In this document: positions 58,349-64,000 of the stretch, one piece after another | How the letters are laid out: each line of letters opens with the position of its first letter | Position numbering within the stretch: the first letter of the stretch is position 1 | IMG/VR virus record: IMGVR_UViG_3300005961_000014 | Span: 1-64,000 of that record | Source of the DNA: an uncultured virus (IMG/VR IMGVR_UViG_3300005961_000014) | Taxonomy: Duplodnaviria; Heunggongvirae; Uroviricota; Caudoviricetes | Length of the DNA stretch: 64,000 nt | Direction: 5' to 3' (one strand) | Notes under the pieces: generated by a model | What the model saw: only the letters and a program-made list of their open reading frames with translations | Database searches by the model: none | What the model was told of the DNA's origin: nothing | Program-made: the position numbers and the translations under genes

Positions 58349-58793
58349 TGAGGGTAAACGCACTCGCGTGTATCTATCGGCCGAGAAGTTTTTTCGAATC
58401 ACGGGAAACCATGGCATTCGATTTCTGGAAACACTGCACGGGGAAAGGGCTTTCTTCGAAGAACTCATGTTGCTAGTTAACCGGGGGTATTTGCAAAATC
58501 GAGCCCTTACCCCGGAAGACATCGCCATGTCTATCAACCGAGAAACGCTTACCACGCTCCTCAAGAAGGTCAACCTGAGTGTATCCGAAGAAGAAGCCAT
58601 GGATACATGGATCAGTTTACTGACCGTTGGCTATGATGCTTTTGAGGACGAGCTCTACACCGTGATTGATAAACTCCATCAGATTGAGGGGACGATAAAG
58701 ATCCCCTATCTGTCTATCAATGTGATGGACATCGATACCACTCCGGATGAAGATCTGATACTCTTTATCACGTACGATTACCTACCTTTTTAG
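58341..58793 (+). CDS. Hypothetical protein
   Basis: GGAGAG RBS. Confidence 0.6.
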   Translation: MSNEGKRTRVYLSAEKFFRITGNHGIRFLETLHGERAFFEELMLLVNRGYLQNRALTPEDIAMSINRETLTTLLKKVNLSVSEEEAMDTWISLLTVGYDAFEDELYTVIDKLHQIEGTIKIPYLSINVMDIDTTPDEDLILFITYDYLPF

Positions 58794-58802
58794 GAGGCTG
58801 CT

Positions 58803-59219
58803 ATGTACGTTTACTTCCCACTTCCGTACCATCGATCGTGGTTTAGCCAGACCATGGAGTTGCTAAACGTTCATGGTGAAGCCCACGACATTGTTGTCTT
58901 CATCTCTAGAGCTCTCCGAAACGCCTTGATCAGTTCCTACGAAAGTGAGGAACTGATCAATATGCTGTCACTTGAGTTCCACGCCGGTCCGTACCGGATT
59001 TTGGAGGATCATCAGATCATGGAGGAGGATGTCGGCGGTATCCAGAACTGGTTCTGGAACGAGGTAGAACTGGCTATTGTACGCCTCACCGATCATTTCA
59101 CAGATTATCTGGTACCTAGCGGAGAGTTACCGCGCTGGGCGTACAGTTTCATCAGTCTGGATGAAGACAGTGTCTGTTTCTTCGTGGAGAGAAGTCATGC
59201 GCCTGCTTGTTTCTATTGA
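58803..59219 (+). CDS. Hypothetical protein
   Basis: AGGAGG RBS. Confidence 0.6.
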   Translation: MYVYFPLPYHRSWFSQTMELLNVHGEAHDIVVFISRALRNALISSYESEELINMLSLEFHAGPYRILEDHQIMEEDVGGIQNWFWNEVELAIVRLTDHFTDYLVPSGELPRWAYSFISLDEDSVCFFVERSHAPACFY

Positions 59220-59652
59220 TATTCCAGCCTGGCTCCATCGTCGAATAGGGAACTTCCTCAACCTCCGGCTAAATGACTTGGAGTTTGAGGAACTCTTAGA
59301 CTGCGCGTTTAAGCGCAAGCTGGATCCCGAGTCAGATATCTTAGCGGTTGAAGAGCTACTCTGTGAGCGTATTTCCTACGCCGCGAAGAATCATGACTGT
59401 GAGGTGATGTCTGAAATGTACCGCATCGTCGATGAACTGATACGTGCAATAACGATCGATCCCATGCATCGACGAAGCCTCTCGGGTCACTCAGAGTTTA
59501 ATTACAATGTATCGGGTTTCTACGATGACACGTTCATTGTAACCCTTCATGATGTAGATGGAGACCACCATGAGTCGTGTAACGCATCTCCTCCCAACCG
59601 AGGAATTGATACAGCGTTTCTACCAACTGTATACCAGTCTGGACAATCTTGA
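59197..59652 (+). CDS. Hypothetical protein
   Basis: GGAGAG RBS. Confidence 0.55.
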   Translation: MRLLVSIDIPAWLHRRIGNFLNLRLNDLEFEELLDCAFKRKLDPESDILAVEELLCERISYAAKNHDCEVMSEMYRIVDELIRAITIDPMHRRSLSGHSEFNYNVSGFYDDTFIVTLHDVDGDHHESCNASPPNRGIDTAFLPTVYQSGQS

Positions 59653-59983
59653 CGGCGAATCGTTCGAACACTATGTGGGAGTTGCATGCACTGCGTGTCG
59701 CACCAGCCCACCCTCGCGAATTGATCTGGATCGCATCCGGAATTACTTGGGGGATACAGACGCTACAACCATCTTCTTGGTGGGGTTGGAAGAACTCACG
59801 GCACAGCTCCATGAACTATTTCATGAGTACCGTTTGTATCGCTGGCCTGGTGAAACCCGATTAGACTACCGCTTTGAGCGACTATCTGGTGATGACATTA
59901 TGATGGCTCGGATTGAATCACCCAAACAGAGCGTCAGCATATTGGAGCTCATGCAAGATGACAATAATTATCCTCGAATCTGA
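59570..59983 (+). CDS. Hypothetical protein
   Basis: GGAG RBS. Confidence 0.55.
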   Translation: MSRVTHLLPTEELIQRFYQLYTSLDNLDGESFEHYVGVACTACRTSPPSRIDLDRIRNYLGDTDATTIFLVGLEELTAQLHELFHEYRLYRWPGETRLDYRFERLSGDDIMMARIESPKQSVSILELMQDDNNYPRI

Positions 59984-60260
59984 AACACTGATCGAGCTGC
60001 TGGATGCTGTCCGGTATGAGCATTCCCCAGAAACTCCTCCAACCGATATTCGGATTACACTGACCTGTCTAGAGATTGTTAATGAATTGCTGCTGCTGGC
60101 CGGTGGTGACAATAGTGATCTCCGAGGCGTTGTTGGGGAAAGTCTCATCTATCTCGTTCAGCGAGCACGGCGTGTGCTAACCCGCGCCGTCAACCCACAC
60201 ACCCCTATCCGGTTCCGGATGGTGGACACCCTAGGCACCGTTGTCATTCACATTGACTGA
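59958..60260 (+). CDS. Hypothetical protein
   Basis: GGAG upstream; coupled to neighbours. Confidence 0.5.
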   Translation: MTIIILESETLIELLDAVRYEHSPETPPTDIRITLTCLEIVNELLLLAGGDNSDLRGVVGESLIYLVQRARRVLTRAVNPHTPIRFRMVDTLGTVVIHID

Positions 60261-60267
60261 GGATACC

Positions 60268-60696
60268 ATGAACCTGACGTTTGATTTGATCGGTAAGGTC
60301 ATCAGCTTTACCACCCGTGCGCCCAGTTTGCTGGGAACCAATTTCAATCGTGTCAAGGTGCTAGCGATTTTGGATCGCGATACTGCCTTGAATTACCGCG
60401 ATGTTACCTCCACGCATCTCAATATTTACCCCACCATCCACGCTATCGATCCGACGTTCCCACCGGAATCCAACGATTATCACTATATCAAGATCCAATA
60501 CGAAGACGGGCGGGTGGATACCTTGGGATGGCTATGGCTGGATACCAACTCTGTCGTGGAAGTCACTACCGCCACCTGTACCGTTCATGTGGATAACATC
60601 ACCTTGGGTGACATTCCTCGGATTCGGAACGCGCTGTTATCGATTGGAATCGGTAACTTTCACATCACTACTCCCTCATGGAACGAGCCGTCCTGA
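60268..60696 (+). CDS. Conserved phiKZ-like protein upstream of DNA polymerase
   Basis: SF...AP.LLG..F..V.V.AILD...A...D....H..IYP pattern; synteny. Confidence 0.6.
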   Translation: MNLTFDLIGKVISFTTRAPSLLGTNFNRVKVLAILDRDTALNYRDVTSTHLNIYPTIHAIDPTFPPESNDYHYIKIQYEDGRVDTLGWLWLDTNSVVEVTTATCTVHVDNITLGDIPRIRNALLSIGIGNFHITTPSWNEPS

Positions 60697-60994
60697 AACG
60701 CGATAGTCTCCATCGAGGGAGTCAGCTCTCTAACATACGCCGTATGTATATGTGACGCTATTCTCCAAGTGTCACATTAGGCAGCCACGCTTGAAATGAG
60801 CGAGCTTAAGCCGGAGGTGTGGTGATGCGGTGCCCTCTCCCGCGGCGTTATCCACTCCGGCTCTTTTTTACACAGATCCGCCGCCGTCAAGCTGCCGGTA
60901 TAAACTCCCCATTCTCCCCACGCCCGTGGGGAGTTTATGCCGTCTCTTTTTTTTTTCACAGACTGAGTTATCTGATGTAAGCGAGGACTTTATC

Positions 60995-63148
60995 ATGTCG
61001 CACTTCATATACCCCGACGCAGCGTATGACCGAAAAGTAGATATTCTTTCAGCGAGTATCGAACAATCCGCAACGTACCTGCATCAACTCAGAAACATCC
61101 CCTACGAGACCGCACATCGTTTCGTACACGACCGTGTCTATGGTCTGAACGGTCAACAGCAGCTATTGAAAGAACGTCGCGTGTGTGCGTTGGTTCGCGG
61201 TAAGAACGGAGACCGTGAAAAGAAAGACATCCCGTTTCGGGAATACCACGCCAAGATTCTTGAGAAGAAGATCATTCTTTCACCCTCCTTGACAGGATAC
61301 CTTAGTCCTGACGTGAAGGAATCTCTACTGGCCGTGTTTGCCCAAGGTAATATGGATCGACGCGGGACACTCAAGAAACTCAAGTTCAAGTACAAGATGG
61401 CTAAGGATGCCGCCCGCGCCAACTATTACGATGGACTCCAAGAATCCGTCAAGATTCTGAACAACTCCCTATCAGGGGCACATGCAAACGACTCAACACC
61501 GTTGGCTAACAAGTCGTCACACCCAACATTAACCAGCACCTGCCGTACCTCATCTAGCTATGCCAATGCAAACAATGAAATGCTTCTGGCGGGGAATCGA
61601 CATTTCTGGTGTCCAGCGGTAGTAACAGCATGCATGATTAACGCGTCCGTCTACACGGATTTCGACGCACTTCATGCCGCTATCGACAAGTACAACCTGT
61701 ATCTCCCCACGCCGGATGACGTCGTGGCGTGTATTCGCAGGTCTTCCCGGTATTACTTCCGGGGAGACAAATACATGGATCATTTCCGAGAACATGCGGA
61801 CCGGATGACTGGTGTGCAGCGTGCTGCCTTTGTGTATATTGGCGACATGTATCACCTGAAGGAACACAATCCTCAGGTGGTTAGAGACTTCCTATCAGCG
61901 TTATCCACACCCGCTGCGATTCCGGTGAATAACACCGAGGCATTGATCAAGGAACATAAAGGCGATGCACTCACCCTTGCCATGATGCTGCTGTCTGATC
62001 GAATCCAAGGGATTCAATTGGAGGATCTGGAAACCAAAAATCCGGAACTCTACGGGTTACTAGGTGGTACTATCCAGAACATCGCCAACACCATTGATGA
62101 TTTCCAAACACTCATCAAAGGGGTTTTCAGACCCACCACCCTTCCGACATCTATTGCGATTCTACCCACCATCATTCGTGAAGTGGTGATGACTTCGGAT
62201 ACGGACTCTACGATCTTTACAAATCAGTATTGGGCAGATTGGATGACGGGGTCAGAAGACTTTAGCATTGAAGGGTATCGCACTGCGTATGCCACTACGT
62301 TCTTGGCATCTCAAACAGTGCGACACAAACTGGGACTCATGTCAGCTAATTTGGGTATTGTCAAGCGTCACATGCACCGTATCTCCATGAAGAACGAATA
62401 CTTCTTCCCGGTGTATTCCTTAACGCCAGTGGCTAAACACTATTACGCCCTTCGTTCTATCCAGGAAGGAAACGTACTCCCAGAACTGGAACTGGAAATC
62501 AAAGGTGTTCACTTGCGTGACTCCAGCGCCCCTCCTATTGTCACCAAGAAACTGCACAAGTACATTCGATGGATCTTGGAAGGCATCATGGATAATAAGC
62601 GCTTCAGTTCACAAGAAATCTTGACACCGGTAGTTGAGCTGGAGCAAGACATTGTGACCAGTATGGAGAAAGGAGAAACTCGGTACATGCGAGCTGTACA
62701 GATTAAGGACAGCAGTTCTTATGCGGACGAAGAAGAAGCCAATCTCTACAAGAACCATTTGTTCTGGAACGAAGTCTTTGGTCCAAGCTACGGTGAAGCC
62801 CCCCCTCTGCCCTATTACGCCACTAAGGTTTCTGTCGAACTTCCGAACCGAACGCGTCTCCGTGAATGGGTGGAGGACTTGCAAGACAAAGACCTCGCAG
62901 ACCGTTTTCGTAAGTGGCTTGTCAAGTCGGGTAAGACGTCCATCGAAACGTTCTACGTCCCGCAGACAGTCATCGAGGCACGAGGGGTGCCGACTCCGAT
63001 GTGTGACGCCATGCATTATCGCAAGGCCGCCATGGGGATCACACGCCCCTTCTATCTAGTGATGGCATCACTCGGCCTCTATTGCGAGGATGACAAGTAT
63101 CGCCGCATGATCTCAGACACCTTCCGAACCTATGGTCATGCGGCATAA
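60995..63148 (+). CDS. Family-B DNA polymerase, polymerase-domain subunit of the split phiKZ-type enzyme (gp50-like)
   Basis: K..NNS..G (motif B), SDTDS (motif C), K.E, KHY, KGV; GAGGA RBS before ATG 60995. Confidence 0.85.
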   Translation: MSHFIYPDAAYDRKVDILSASIEQSATYLHQLRNIPYETAHRFVHDRVYGLNGQQQLLKERRVCALVRGKNGDREKKDIPFREYHAKILEKKIILSPSLTGYLSPDVKESLLAVFAQGNMDRRGTLKKLKFKYKMAKDAARANYYDGLQESVKILNNSLSGAHANDSTPLANKSSHPTLTSTCRTSSSYANANNEMLLAGNRHFWCPAVVTACMINASVYTDFDALHAAIDKYNLYLPTPDDVVACIRRSSRYYFRGDKYMDHFREHADRMTGVQRAAFVYIGDMYHLKEHNPQVVRDFLSALSTPAAIPVNNTEALIKEHKGDALTLAMMLLSDRIQGIQLEDLETKNPELYGLLGGTIQNIANTIDDFQTLIKGVFRPTTLPTSIAILPTIIREVVMTSDTDSTIFTNQYWADWMTGSEDFSIEGYRTAYATTFLASQTVRHKLGLMSANLGIVKRHMHRISMKNEYFFPVYSLTPVAKHYYALRSIQEGNVLPELELEIKGVHLRDSSAPPIVTKKLHKYIRWILEGIMDNKRFSSQEILTPVVELEQDIVTSMEKGETRYMRAVQIKDSSSYADEEEANLYKNHLFWNEVFGPSYGEAPPLPYYATKVSVELPNRTRLREWVEDLQDKDLADRFRKWLVKSGKTSIETFYVPQTVIEARGVPTPMCDAMHYRKAAMGITRPFYLVMASLGLYCEDDKYRRMISDTFRTYGHAA

Positions 63149-63156
63149 CCGGAGGC

Positions 63157-64000
63157 TTACGCCCCCGGAATGTAAAGCACTATCTCTCGCTCGATCATCT
63201 CTCGCACCTCTCGATAAATCTCGGGAGGTAAACGATTTTCCAATAAGCGATCATTTTTAATCCGGCGTAACCAAATCCATATGCGATTGAGGTAAGCCGT
63301 ATTAGGACCGCTCCTCCCACCGAGATTACTTCGAACCAAGAAACGGATGTAAGGAAGCAGTGCTAGGATAAGCGCCCAAGAAACTTGCCGTGTGGGTGCC
63401 GTGTCTGGAACCATCAGTAGATGTCTTAGGTTAGGCGCGGTAATCAGCGGCAAACTATCCAGAAGCTGATCAAAGCTCAAGTAAGCACGACTAACCCCCG
63501 TTAGGGTTTGGGTAATCGCGGTATCCACCCAGGAGGATCGATCTGTCCCGTAAACCGGATGAGCTCTCACCCATCGACCCAACTGACCATCACTAAATAA
63601 CGTGATAGCCATACGGTTAAACAAAGCCACGTCTAAATGGCTATATACCATATTCGTGATAGGGTATGCGTACATGAAGTGACTGGTTGCCACGTAGGTT
63701 TTCTGGTCATATTGAGATACCGTTGCGTCCTCGCACCAGCATCGATACTGAAAAGCCAGCATAGGAACATTGATGCTGATGACAGATATTCCCGGAAGAC
63801 TTCCGGGGAGATACTGTCCATCGGGTCGAGCTATCGAGAGATCCGAATACGGGTGACGCATAACCTGAATAGGTTGAAGATTCTTCCAGTCTTTTCCAGC
63901 CGCATCAACATCAAACTCTTCACCGTGAGCAATGAGGACCTCTTTGGATTTTGAACCATAGAACGGACCGGGTGACCATATTCGTCCAAAGGAAACGCTG
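63157..64000 (-). CDS. Conserved phiKZ-like protein, 3' part (start beyond the window)
   Basis: Convergent with the polymerase; IN.PML..QY, P.TRQ..WAL motifs. Confidence 0.55.
   Translation of the reverse strand, partial: SVSFGRIWSPGPFYGSKSKEVLIAHGEEFDVDAAGKDWKNLQPIQVMRHPYSDLSIARPDGQYLPGSLPGISVISINVPMLAFQYRCWCEDATVSQYDQKTYVATSHFMYAYPITNMVYSHLDVALFNRMAITLFSDGQLGRWVRAHPVYGTDRSSWVDTAITQTLTGVSRAYLSFDQLLDSLPLITAPNLRHLLMVPDTAPTRQVSWALILALLPYIRFLVRSNLGGRSGPNTAYLNRIWIWLRRIKNDRLLENRLPPEIYREVREMIEREIVLYIPGA

Noticed and set aside
60830..60994. N-terminal extension of DNA polymerase in the ORF track
   Set aside because: It runs through terminator hairpins and T-tracts; the RBS supports ATG 60995.
1..64000. 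CRISPR arrays, canonical tRNAs/rRNA, reverse transcriptase/DGR, transposases
   Set aside because: No regularly spaced repeats, no canonical cloverleaf with TTCGA T-loop and no RT or transposase motifs seen by eye.

Overview
This 64-kb window comes from a phiKZ-like jumbo phage (probably Chimalliviridae, with a proteobacterial host). Core genes include two virion RNA polymerase subunits (beta'-like with a DHDGD catalytic motif and a large beta-like subunit), the prohead protease, tail tube and sheath, three baseplate/virion proteins, the large terminase, an internal head protein and a family-B DNA polymerase fragment. Accessory regions encode nucleotide metabolism (ThyA, DHFR, and class II NrdJ with a Gln-terminated LAGLIDADG intein), nested Rz/Rz1 spanins, SspB, a BCS1-like AAA ATPase, an RNAP alpha-CTD-like protein and probable anti-defence proteins (Tad1-like, Tad2/DUF2829-like, DarG-like macrodomain). 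The most striking observation is a three-domain ORF (51766-52923) whose domains are separated by S-x-E motifs of the prohead-protease type and which ends in LPPSAKW, the same C-terminus as the prohead protease. This suggests a tag-directed, capsid-packaged cargo polyprotein that is processed at maturation. Also notable are a roughly 420-nt structured RNA candidate with tmRNA-like ends (29985-30403), a recurrent GGCATA-hairpin-TATGCC intergenic element, a repeated early-promoter-like motif and an origin-like non-coding region. All family assignments come from motif recognition, not database searches, and phiKZ gene-number equivalences are tentative.
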